DNA of 54,020 nt. It comes from a virus. Taxonomy: Duplodnaviria; Caudoviricetes. The translations under genes and the position numbers were made by a program. Within the stretch, counting starts at the first letter, position 1. Each line of letters starts with the position of its first letter. This document shows, in pieces, positions 27,174-35,926 of this stretch. The DNA lies in IMG/VR virus record IMGVR_UViG_3300044691_000045, positions 1 to 54,020 of that record. The stretch is one strand, 5' to 3'. Under the pieces are notes generated by a model, which saw nothing but the letters and a program-made list of their open reading frames with translations, ran no database searches and was not told the origin of the DNA.

Positions 27174-27374
27174 GTGGAACAACACCGGCACGTATGGGAC
27201 AGCGAGCATGGCTTCTATCGGTTCAAAAAATCGGTAGGACTGAAGTGTTCCTGTGGTTTAATGGCATTCTATTTCCCGTCAGTTGGCTTGCCGTATTTTA
27301 GCGATCACCAGCTAAAGAATCCAGACTACGTACCAACACCGCAGCACGCAAAGCAGGAGACACATGCGCGTTAA
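27174..27374 (+). CDS. Hypothetical protein (HxH...CxCG)
   Basis: AAGGA RBS; fits the operon. Confidence 0.55.
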   Translation: MEQHRHVWDSEHGFYRFKKSVGLKCSCGLMAFYFPSVGLPYFSDHQLKNPDYVPTPQHAKQETHAR

Positions 27375-27675
27375 CATCTACGCAGAGGAGTTGACAGACC
27401 GCGTGGAACTTATCACGAAAGTGATAGAAGGACAGACCTATACGGCTGTGCGCTTTTACATGGAATTGCCGGTAACGGTGACAGTTCCTAACTACGCTGC
27501 AAACGATATTGCTGCGTCAACCAAAACGCAAAACGTGCGCGGTCCATTCATGCACCGTCCGGGTGATGATGATTCAGCGGCGGTTACCTTTTGGGGCAAG
27601 CACGATTTGCAACGTATACTGCGCAAGGCTCTTGACAAATTAGAGGAGCATTACGCAACCAAGGAAATAGCTTGA
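27364..27675 (+). CDS. Hypothetical protein
   Basis: AGGAG RBS. Confidence 0.7.
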   Translation: MRVNIYAEELTDRVELITKVIEGQTYTAVRFYMELPVTVTVPNYAANDIAASTKTQNVRGPFMHRPGDDDSAAVTFWGKHDLQRILRKALDKLEEHYATKEIA

Positions 27676-28340
27676 ACTCTTCTGATCTACGTCCGGCTGG
27701 TGACTTTGCGCGGCATTACTTTGTTAAGATGCTGCTTTTCGGAGGACCGGGGAGCGGTAAAACTCCGCTGGTAACTACAGCACCCGCGCCTGTACTATTT
27801 GCGGCTGAAACTGGACTAGCTACCATGCGCGGCTCTAATGTGCCCACATATCCTATTCTGAATACAGCCACGGCACGCGCTGCAATTGATTGGATCACCA
27901 GCGATGCGAAGGACGCGGCACAGTTCCAAACAGTGTTTGTTGACTCTGGGACACAGATGGCACAGAACGCGCTAGACCATTGGTTGCCGCTGCGCTCTGA
28001 TGGACGCAAAGCGTATGGAGATATGGACAAAGAGATGTATCCTTTGTTTAATCGCCTGTACTATCAGAAGAATAAGCACGTAGTTATCGTTGCAAAAGAA
28101 TCAATCGATGGGGAAGAAAACCGCATTCCTATCTTTCCCGGCAAGAGCATGAATAGTTGGGTTCCGCACTTGTTTGATCTTATCGCGCATCTAGGCATTT
28201 ACTCTGCTGGTGCATGGCGCGGTTTGGCATTGCGTTGTCATCCTGAGTTTGAAAAGGTGAAAGTACGCGCACGATACCGTACACTTGACCCATTAGAGCC
28301 GCCTGATTTATCAGCGTTGTTTCGTAAAGCAATGCTGTAA
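27672..28340 (+). CDS. AAA_24 / Sak4-like ATPase
   Basis: GGPGSGKT Walker A; VFVDSGT Walker B. Confidence 0.85.
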   Translation: MNSSDLRPAGDFARHYFVKMLLFGGPGSGKTPLVTTAPAPVLFAAETGLATMRGSNVPTYPILNTATARAAIDWITSDAKDAAQFQTVFVDSGTQMAQNALDHWLPLRSDGRKAYGDMDKEMYPLFNRLYYQKNKHVVIVAKESIDGEENRIPIFPGKSMNSWVPHLFDLIAHLGIYSAGAWRGLALRCHPEFEKVKVRARYRTLDPLEPPDLSALFRKAML

Positions 28341-28372
28341 ACATTCACACTTTAACCGGAGGATTCTGGCAA

Positions 28373-29143
28373 ATGCAATTCAACTTCGATGCACGCATTA
28401 TCGAACCAAACACAGGCGGCAGTGGTGGCGATGATATTCCCACCGGCACCTATCACGTGATGATCGACAACATAGAGCGCAAGCCAGTTACCGACAAACC
28501 TACTTGCGCCTATCTCGAAGTATCAATGGTTGTACTTGATCCGGGGCCGTACAAAGGCTTGCACGTGATTGATCGGCTGAATATGTGGAATGATTCAGCC
28601 AAAGCACAGGACATTGCGCACAAGACGTTTTCGGCGCTGTGCCACGTGACCGGCATTCTGGTACTGCAAGATACACAGCAGCTTTACAACATTCCGTTTG
28701 CTGTGAAGATCGTACAGACGGAACAGCCGAATCCGGACAACCCAAACACGCCGTACAAGAATACCAATGTTAAGAAGTACATGGACGTTAACGAAAACGA
28801 TGCAAAGCATGTGGGCGCAGGTCCGCAGCGCAGCGCACCGCAACCGGCAGCGCCTACGCCAGCACCGCAACAGGCGGCATGGCAGCAGCCAACGCAAGCG
28901 CCAGTAGGCAACGGGGCCGCTGCTGGCTCGGCATGGCAGCAGTCACCAGCGGGGCAGGTTGCGCAGCCGCAACAGGCACCTGTACAGCAGCAACCTACCG
29001 GCTTTGTTGCTGGTCCTCCATCATTCCAGCAGCCAGTACCGCAACAGCAGCAGTTGCCAGTACAAACGCAGGCACCTGTGCAGAGTGGTTGGCAAGCGCC
29101 AGCGCAGCAGGCACCCGCTGCGCAAGCGCCTTGGCAGAAGTAG
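28373..29143 (+). CDS. DUF669 family SSB-like protein with Q/P/A-rich tail
   Basis: IPTGTYHVMI, DRLNMWN; low-complexity tail ending APWQK. Confidence 0.8.
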   Translation: MQFNFDARIIEPNTGGSGGDDIPTGTYHVMIDNIERKPVTDKPTCAYLEVSMVVLDPGPYKGLHVIDRLNMWNDSAKAQDIAHKTFSALCHVTGILVLQDTQQLYNIPFAVKIVQTEQPNPDNPNTPYKNTNVKKYMDVNENDAKHVGAGPQRSAPQPAAPTPAPQQAAWQQPTQAPVGNGAAAGSAWQQSPAGQVAQPQQAPVQQQPTGFVAGPPSFQQPVPQQQQLPVQTQAPVQSGWQAPAQQAPAAQAPWQK

Positions 29144-29156
29144 TCTAAACTCCCTA

Positions 29157-29193
29157 ACCGGCGTACGCTCAGTGCGTGCGCCGTTTTCTTTCT
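29157..29193 (+). terminator. Rho-independent terminator
   Basis: CGGCGTACGC-loop-GCGTGCGCCG then TTTTCTTTCTT. Confidence 0.65.
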
Positions 29194-29206
29194 TCGGAGG
29201 CCAACT

Positions 29207-29344
29207 GTGGCAACAACCGATGTGTTTTGGATGAATGCACACTACGCAGGTAAGTGTGCCGAATGCATACAAGAGGATGATCGTATTGCTGCGTACAAGG
29301 GTAAGGTGTATTGCGAAGAGTGTGGCAAGGAGATAGAAGACTAA
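29207..29344 (+). CDS. 45-aa zinc-finger mini-protein (not in ORF track)
   Basis: CGGAGGCC before GTG; CAEC...CEEC; TAATG coupling to the next gene. Confidence 0.65.
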   Translation: MATTDVFWMNAHYAGKCAECIQEDDRIAAYKGKVYCEECGKEIED

Positions 29345-29652
29345 TGTTTGGATTCAAAACAAAATCAGGCAGGCTACTACCCTCGACTAAAAAGTATCAC
29401 ATGGACAACAACGGTGTGATACATAACATGGTCAAACTGCGCTGTCCGGCTGAACTATCTTCGCGCCAGTTCCGCATACTGCGCAAGGCTGCAAGGCGTG
29501 TGGTCAAAGCCGGAATAATCGGAGATGCGATCAACGACAAACACGCGTTCTATAACGCTGTTATGCCTATGCTTGCTTACAATGCGCTAGCTTACAAACT
29601 CGTAAATGCGCGCCGCTGTGTGCAGCGCCTAACCCGTTTGATGGTGGCCTAG
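29344..29652 (+). CDS. Basic hypothetical protein
   Basis: AAGGAG RBS and coupling to the upstream gene. Confidence 0.6.
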   Translation: MFGFKTKSGRLLPSTKKYHMDNNGVIHNMVKLRCPAELSSRQFRILRKAARRVVKAGIIGDAINDKHAFYNAVMPMLAYNALAYKLVNARRCVQRLTRLMVA

Positions 29653-30623
29653 TGTACACAATAGACTACTCGCAGGTACATTTGCCGGAGCTAACGCAGC
29701 AGCAGAAAGACCGCTTTACGCTGTCTACTGTTGACGGACGGTTAGCTCTGGCTACGCAGATACGCGAGGATATAGATACATTCTCTTCGCAGGCGTATCA
29801 AGACGCAGTACCGCGCCGTCATGTAGGTGCGTCTATGATCGGCAAAGAATGCGCGCGGCAAGCGTGGTATGAGTTTCGCGGTATGGTGAAAGAACAGTTT
29901 AATCCGCGCATGCTGCGTATCTTTAACTACGGTCACCGACTTGAATCATTCTTCTTAGAAGTGCTGCGCGGCATCGGTTGCGAGATACAGGAAGTTACAG
30001 ACGAAGGAATACAGTTCAAAGCGTACGCTGTGCGTCAGCACTTTTCCGGCTCTTGCGATGGCTTTGCATCCTTTCAACAGCGCTACGGTATACCTGATAA
30101 GTTCCTGCTCGAATTTAAGAGCAAGTGTACTGGCGCTGGCTTTAATAACCTGAATCAGAACGGCGTAGAAGAGACGGATAAAAAGCATTGGGCGCAGCTA
30201 TGCACGTACGGTTGCGAAAAGATGTTTAATGTGCGCTACGCATTGTATCTCGCGGAAAATAAAAATGACTCTTCTATCGCTGTTGACGTAGTAGAGCTAG
30301 ATAACGAACTAGGCTTAAAGTATCTCGATAAAGCAGAGTTTGTTATCAATTCGCAGGTACCGCCGCCGCGCATCCTCAGTGCATCTACATCACATTTTGT
30401 ATGCAAGTATTGCCCGGCTAGAGGGCTATGCTTAGAACCTGAATCAGCGGGCGATGGTTTTCTAAACTGCCGCAGTTGCAGGAACGCAACTCCAGTAGAA
30501 AATGCGCAGTGGCACTGTGCGCAGTTCAACGACATCATACCTGTTGACTTCCTTGCAAAAGGCTGCAACAATTGGATACAGATTGAAACGCACAAAACAG
30601 CAGCAGACTACATACCGTTCTAA
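29652..30623 (+). CDS. Cas4-like PD-(D/E)XK exonuclease
   Basis: GASMIGKECAR, GSCDG, LLEFKS, AQL..Y, CKYCP..LC, CRSC. Confidence 0.85.
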   Translation: MYTIDYSQVHLPELTQQQKDRFTLSTVDGRLALATQIREDIDTFSSQAYQDAVPRRHVGASMIGKECARQAWYEFRGMVKEQFNPRMLRIFNYGHRLESFFLEVLRGIGCEIQEVTDEGIQFKAYAVRQHFSGSCDGFASFQQRYGIPDKFLLEFKSKCTGAGFNNLNQNGVEETDKKHWAQLCTYGCEKMFNVRYALYLAENKNDSSIAVDVVELDNELGLKYLDKAEFVINSQVPPPRILSASTSHFVCKYCPARGLCLEPESAGDGFLNCRSCRNATPVENAQWHCAQFNDIIPVDFLAKGCNNWIQIETHKTAADYIPF

Positions 30624-30632
30624 AGGCGCAAA

Positions 30633-32216
30633 ATGATAACGTTTAGGCCGTATCAATTCGAGGCTGTAAATGCTGCATTCAACTACTACAACAGTGGTGG
30701 ATGCGAGCATGGCGTTATTGCTTTGCCCACAGGTACCGGAAAGTCGCTTATTGCTGCTGCTATTATTTGTCAACTTATCCATGACAAACCTAGCGCGCGT
30801 GTGGTGTGCGCCACGCACGTTAAAGAACTAGTAAGGCAAGACTATGACGCGCTCAACCTACTTTGGCCCAATGCTCCTAGCGGTATTTGCTCTGCTGGGC
30901 TCAAGCGGTACGATACTTTTCTTCCCGTTATCTTCGGCGGAATTGGCACTATGTCAAGCCGTGTTGATACAATCGGTTTTCGTGATCTACTTATTGTTGA
31001 TGAAGCGCATTTAATCAGCGGTAAGAATGATAGCGAATACGGCGCATTTATCGATGCGCTGCGTACGATCAACCCATACCTTATCGTCATTGGACTAAGC
31101 GCAACACCTTACAGAATGGGCAACGGGTTACTTACCGATGGGCCGCTATTCTCTAAGATGTTGTTTGATCTTACCGGCATAAAAGAGTTTAACGAATTGA
31201 TACGGCAAGGCTATCTGTGCCGTGTTGATCCAAAACGTACTAAAACAGAACTGGACGTGTCTAACGTTGGAATTATCAACGGTGACTTTGCGCAGGGTGA
31301 GTTACAGCACGCAGTAGATAAAGAGAGTGTTACGTATGCTGCTGTCAAGGAGATTGTTGAATGGGGCCAAACGCGTAACTCGTGGATGGTGTTTGCTGCT
31401 GGCGTGGATCACGCTATCCATGTTAGTGAGATGTTACGTAGTTTTGGGGTACCAGCCGCCGCTGTACATTCTAAGCTATGTGATAAGGATAGAGATGCGG
31501 CTATTAACGCATTCAAGAGCGGGGAAATACGTTGTGTAGTTAACAACAACGTTCTAACAACCGGGTTCGATCATCCTGCACTAGATATGATTGGAATGTT
31601 GCGACCAACTATGTCAACACCGCTGTGGGTACAGATGCTTGGGCGAGGTACACGCCCGTATCCGGGGAAAACAGAAACATTGGTACTAGACTTTGCGGGA
31701 AATACGCGCAGACTCGGACCTATTAACGATCCTGTGATACCGAAAAAGCGCAGCGGTAAAGGTGGCTTGGCACCTGTACGCATTTGTGAGATGTGCGGTA
31801 GCTACTGCCATGCACGTGCAACTGAGTGCGAATCGTGCGGCCATGTATTCCCGCAAACTGTCAACATTGCAGCCACAGCAGACAGCGCAGAACTAATACG
31901 TTCTGATCTACCGGAAGTGCTCAACTTGCCGGTACATAGCGTGAACTATAACCGCTATGAAAAGAACGGTAGAGCAATGCTGCGCTGTGATTACTTCTCT
32001 GGTCTTATGCGCTACCAGAAGTATGTAACGCTTGAGCATGGCGGTTTTGCTGCTAAAAAAGCGCGTGACTGGTGGCGAAAGGCTACTGGCGATCATGATA
32101 ACGTACCAGCTACAACAGATGAGGCATTGCAGCGACTTGCACTGCTACAGCAGCCAAAGACAATAGACGTGTGGGTAAACAAAACACCGCCTGAGATTGT
32201 GGGAGTCAATTACTAA
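30633..32216 (+). CDS. Superfamily II DEAH helicase (RadD/YejH-like) with zinc finger
   Basis: PTGTGKS, DEAH, SATP, LTTGFD, QMLGRGTR, CEMC..CESC. Confidence 0.92.
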   Translation: MITFRPYQFEAVNAAFNYYNSGGCEHGVIALPTGTGKSLIAAAIICQLIHDKPSARVVCATHVKELVRQDYDALNLLWPNAPSGICSAGLKRYDTFLPVIFGGIGTMSSRVDTIGFRDLLIVDEAHLISGKNDSEYGAFIDALRTINPYLIVIGLSATPYRMGNGLLTDGPLFSKMLFDLTGIKEFNELIRQGYLCRVDPKRTKTELDVSNVGIINGDFAQGELQHAVDKESVTYAAVKEIVEWGQTRNSWMVFAAGVDHAIHVSEMLRSFGVPAAAVHSKLCDKDRDAAINAFKSGEIRCVVNNNVLTTGFDHPALDMIGMLRPTMSTPLWVQMLGRGTRPYPGKTETLVLDFAGNTRRLGPINDPVIPKKRSGKGGLAPVRICEMCGSYCHARATECESCGHVFPQTVNIAATADSAELIRSDLPEVLNLPVHSVNYNRYEKNGRAMLRCDYFSGLMRYQKYVTLEHGGFAAKKARDWWRKATGDHDNVPATTDEALQRLALLQQPKTIDVWVNKTPPEIVGVNY

Positions 32217-33202
32217 TGGCTAAACGCACAGAGAATAGCAAGCTGTACGAAGCACTGCGGTTTGTGTCGCTGGCGCAACGCGATCTTGGCAGCGATATGC
32301 AAACGCATTGCGTGATGCATGACGGTGACTTGCTGGCGTTTGATGGCATCGTGGCTGTGTCTACTCCGATTGATGAGCAAATGTTCGCCTGCCCACACAC
32401 GTGGAAATTCTTGTCTGCTATCGAGCGTTGCGGCGCGGAACTGGCGATAACGCAGTTGCCCACAAATCGGCTGTCTGTGCGCTCCGGCAAATTCAAGGCC
32501 ACTATCCCCTGTGTAACGGCTGCAAGGCTCGCAGGAGCTATCCCAGACGCAGCACGCATAGCTGTAGACGATCGGCTGATAGCCGCGCTCGATACTGTAG
32601 GCGTGCTCATCTCAGACACCGCGCAAACGGTCCTGTGCTCCTCTGCGCTGCTACAGAGCAACACCAGCGTGGCTACCGACCGGGAAATGTGCATCGAAGC
32701 GTGGCACGGCTTTGATCTTGGCACAGAGAACAACGCACCAATCAAGATGCTTATTCCCAAAACAGCTATCAACGTGCTAGGCAAATGCAAAAAAGCGTTG
32801 ACCGGCTTAGGTTGGAGCAAGAGTAGTGTAACGTTTCATTTTGATGATACGTCATGGGTTCGTACGCAACTCTATGATGGCGGATTCCCGGCGTACGAAG
32901 CGATCCTGAGCACAGATAGCCAAATGCAAATACAGGTAACTGAAACGTTCTTTGAGGACATAGCCAAGTTAGAGCCATTCAGCGAGGATGGATGCCTACG
33001 CTTTAACGGCAACATAGTACAAACGCACGATAGCGCAGAAGATGGCGCAACACACGCTATCGATATTCCTATCTACGGTAGATACATGGCGCGGCAAATC
33101 GCTGTCATTGCCGAGATAGCTACGCACTTGATACCGCAGAAAAACAAACTACTGTTTGTTAGCACAATGGCGCGCGGCGCTGTTGGGAATAAGGTAAGAT
33201 AA
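32216..33202 (+). CDS. Sliding-clamp (DNA Pol III beta)-like protein
   Basis: Size, AFDG and VATD repeats, RTQLYDGGFP; lies between helicase and polymerase as in related siphoviruses. Confidence 0.65.
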   Translation: MAKRTENSKLYEALRFVSLAQRDLGSDMQTHCVMHDGDLLAFDGIVAVSTPIDEQMFACPHTWKFLSAIERCGAELAITQLPTNRLSVRSGKFKATIPCVTAARLAGAIPDAARIAVDDRLIAALDTVGVLISDTAQTVLCSSALLQSNTSVATDREMCIEAWHGFDLGTENNAPIKMLIPKTAINVLGKCKKALTGLGWSKSSVTFHFDDTSWVRTQLYDGGFPAYEAILSTDSQMQIQVTETFFEDIAKLEPFSEDGCLRFNGNIVQTHDSAEDGATHAIDIPIYGRYMARQIAVIAEIATHLIPQKNKLLFVSTMARGAVGNKVR

Positions 33203-33203
33203 C

Positions 33204-33374
33204 ATGCCAGAAAAAGTAGATGACTTGAGAATGCAGTATCACAAGCAAATATACCAGAAGATAGCAGACAACCCTTTTGGTAGAGATACCGTACGTGAAC
33301 ACGCACGCGATCTAGTGCTCATCATCGAAGAATTGCAGGAGCTACGCAAACATGCGCCAGCCAGTCATAGATGA
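33204..33374 (+). CDS. 56-aa hypothetical protein (not in ORF track)
   Basis: MPEKVDDLRMQYHKQIYQKIADNPFG...; fills the gap between genes. Confidence 0.5.
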   Translation: MPEKVDDLRMQYHKQIYQKIADNPFGRDTVREHARDLVLIIEELQELRKHAPASHR

Positions 33375-33582
33375 GGTAAAACTTATCGGCACAACTGACA
33401 GAGTGTTGTCAGAACTAAAGCATGTGTTAGATAACATAGATGAGTATGACACATGCACGCTGCAAACCATCAAGCATCATATCGAAGATATGGGCTTATT
33501 TGTGAAGTACGCCGAAGGCAAACTTGCTGCCATTAAGCAGGTATTACCGCCACTGGCAGAACAGCGCGAGCGAGGGTATTAG
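33352..33582 (+). CDS. Hypothetical protein
   Basis: AGGAG RBS. Confidence 0.6.
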   Translation: MRQPVIDEVKLIGTTDRVLSELKHVLDNIDEYDTCTLQTIKHHIEDMGLFVKYAEGKLAAIKQVLPPLAEQRERGY

Positions 33583-35639
33583 TGTCGTTCTTTGACAGCG
33601 TTGTATCTGAGCCACGCAACAAAGCATTCCTGCGCGTGCCACCGCCTACACCAGAAACTAGCTGGCGAGCGCCTACAGACTTCCCCGATTTAACAACGTG
33701 CTCCGGTATAGGCTTTGACTGCGAAGTCAAGGAACTAGACTGGGAGCATGGACCGGGATGGTCGCGCGGCCAAGCAAAGATTGTAGGCATAGCTCTTGAG
33801 GGATACTGGAGCGATGGCAAGACAGTAAAGCTGTACTTGCCCACAGACCATGAGGTAGAGCCGGAATACAACCTTGACGCGAACAAAGTATATCCGTATG
33901 TCAAGGCGATGCTTGAGACGCCACACATACGCAAGTTCGGCGGTAATCTCTACTATGATTGCGGCAATCTAGGTGATAAGGGCATATTCCCGAAAGGTGA
34001 GTTGCACGATTGTCAGCTTTCTGAGCCGCTGTTAGAAGAAACAGGCGAGGTAGCGCTAGAAGCGCAAGGCCAGAAGTATCTAGGTGTGGGCAAAGAATCA
34101 AACCAACTGTATAGCTGGATCATGGAATCATTCAGGCCAAAGGAATCGCGCTGGCGTGGCGAGATATGGCGTGCATCTCCGCGCTTAGTTGGACCGTACG
34201 CAGAGCAAGATGCGCAGCTACCGCGCGAGATATTGCAGAAGCAATGGCCGCTGCTGGTAGATCAGCAACTATTAGACGTGTACCGTATGGAATGCGATTT
34301 AATACCTTTGATGGTAGCCATGCGCAGACGCGGCGTGTATATTGACGTGCCCAAAGCGGAACAAGCATATGAATCACTAGGCAAAATTCAGGAGCAAATG
34401 TATGCTGCGATGTCATCAGATGTTGGCTTCCAATTTAGCGTGGATTCTTCTAGCGATCTTGAGCGCATGTTTAATCACTATAGCGTGCCATTTGCTCGCA
34501 CTGCTGCTAGTAAGAATTATCCTAATGGTCAAGCATCTTTCACGCGCGCGTTTCTGGAGAGTGTTGAGCATCCAATTGCGCGCCAGATAATTGACTTACG
34601 GCGCGTGCAAAAAATCAGAAACACTTTTGTAAAGAGCTATCTGCTGGAGAGTAATGTTAATGGCGTAGTACACGGCGAGTTTCACCAGCTACGAAGTGAA
34701 TCTAGTGACGATGGTGGCTCTAGCAAAGGCACGCGCAGCGGCCGCTTTTCCAGCAGCAATCCTAACTTACAGAATATCCCGACACGTACAGACGAAACAG
34801 AGCACTCTAAGATAGTCAAGATCATACGCGAGCTATACATACCTTTCCCCGATAGCATAGCGTGGATGTGCGGCGACTACTCCCAGATTGAGTACCGTTT
34901 TCTAGCACACTACGCAGTAGGACCGGGCAGCGATGCTTTGCGCCAGCAATACAACGAAAATCCTGATACTGACTACCATGATTCTACGTATGAGCGCGTA
35001 TGCACTGTTATGGGTTGGGATTTTACTGATAAGCCGCAACGCAAATCCAGACGCGGTAAAGTTAAAAACTGCAACTTTGGTTTAGTATACGGCATGATGA
35101 AACCAAAGCTAAAACGTATGTGGGGATTAGACAACAAAGAAGGTGACAAGCTATTTAATGGGTATCACCAAGCAAACCCGTATGTTAAACCTACAATGGA
35201 TGCTTGCGCAGATGAGGCGCAACAAAATGGATACATCACAACTATTCTTGGCAGGCGCAGCCGCTTTGACTTGTGGGTACCTGCTGGGTTTGGCAACGAT
35301 GCGATACCTTTACCGCTTGCCACGGCTATCAAGGCGTATGGTACGCAGATACAACGCGCATCTACACACAAAGCGGTCAACCGCCGCTTACAAGGCAGCG
35401 CGGCAGATCAAATAAAGTTAGGCATGCTTACTGCCTACAAAGCCGGTGTGTTTGATGTGATAGGTGTGCCCACACTCACAGTTCACGATGAATTGAGCAA
35501 TGATCTTATTGAGGATACTCCGCTGCACTTGGAAGGCCACGCCGAATTAAAGCGCATCATGGAAACGTGCATACCGTTGCGCGTTCCTGTGAAGTTTGAG
35601 GTACAACGCGGTACTAGCTGGGGAGATGCTAAGTCATGA
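33582..35639 (+). CDS. polA: Family A DNA polymerase with 3'-5' exonuclease domain
   Basis: FDCE, YAEQDA, SGRFSSSNPNLQNIP, DYSQIEYR, KNCNFGLVYG, VHDE. Confidence 0.95.
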   Translation: MSFFDSVVSEPRNKAFLRVPPPTPETSWRAPTDFPDLTTCSGIGFDCEVKELDWEHGPGWSRGQAKIVGIALEGYWSDGKTVKLYLPTDHEVEPEYNLDANKVYPYVKAMLETPHIRKFGGNLYYDCGNLGDKGIFPKGELHDCQLSEPLLEETGEVALEAQGQKYLGVGKESNQLYSWIMESFRPKESRWRGEIWRASPRLVGPYAEQDAQLPREILQKQWPLLVDQQLLDVYRMECDLIPLMVAMRRRGVYIDVPKAEQAYESLGKIQEQMYAAMSSDVGFQFSVDSSSDLERMFNHYSVPFARTAASKNYPNGQASFTRAFLESVEHPIARQIIDLRRVQKIRNTFVKSYLLESNVNGVVHGEFHQLRSESSDDGGSSKGTRSGRFSSSNPNLQNIPTRTDETEHSKIVKIIRELYIPFPDSIAWMCGDYSQIEYRFLAHYAVGPGSDALRQQYNENPDTDYHDSTYERVCTVMGWDFTDKPQRKSRRGKVKNCNFGLVYGMMKPKLKRMWGLDNKEGDKLFNGYHQANPYVKPTMDACADEAQQNGYITTILGRRSRFDLWVPAGFGNDAIPLPLATAIKAYGTQIQRASTHKAVNRRLQGSAADQIKLGMLTAYKAGVFDVIGVPTLTVHDELSNDLIEDTPLHLEGHAELKRIMETCIPLRVPVKFEVQRGTSWGDAKS

Positions 35640-35926
35640 GTTGCTATTGCATCTACTGTACAAAAATAAGAGAGGATAAGCTAATGAGCAAAACACCGGA
35701 TGAAGTCTTACGCGAACAATCAGCCAACTTACCAGATAATGCAGAGCGCATAGATATTAGCGTTGTATCCGACAAGTACAAGGTACAACCGTATGTAGGT
35801 GGCGCTGTCGCAGTTATCTACATCTCTAACATGCCTGCTAGAATGCAGATTTACCGCACGGTATTCTACGGTCCAGAAGCGGAAGAAAGAGCACGCGAAT
35901 ACGCTAAGTGGAAGAATCAAAGCTAG
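35636..35926 (+). CDS. Hypothetical protein
   Basis: Last gene of the plus-strand operon; converges with the tail gene. Confidence 0.55.
   Translation: MSCYCIYCTKIREDKLMSKTPDEVLREQSANLPDNAERIDISVVSDKYKVQPYVGGAVAVIYISNMPARMQIYRTVFYGPEAEERAREYAKWKNQS

Noticed and set aside
29652-30623. CRISPR-associated cas4
   Set aside because: It is a stand-alone phage nuclease in a replication operon, with no array or other cas genes.
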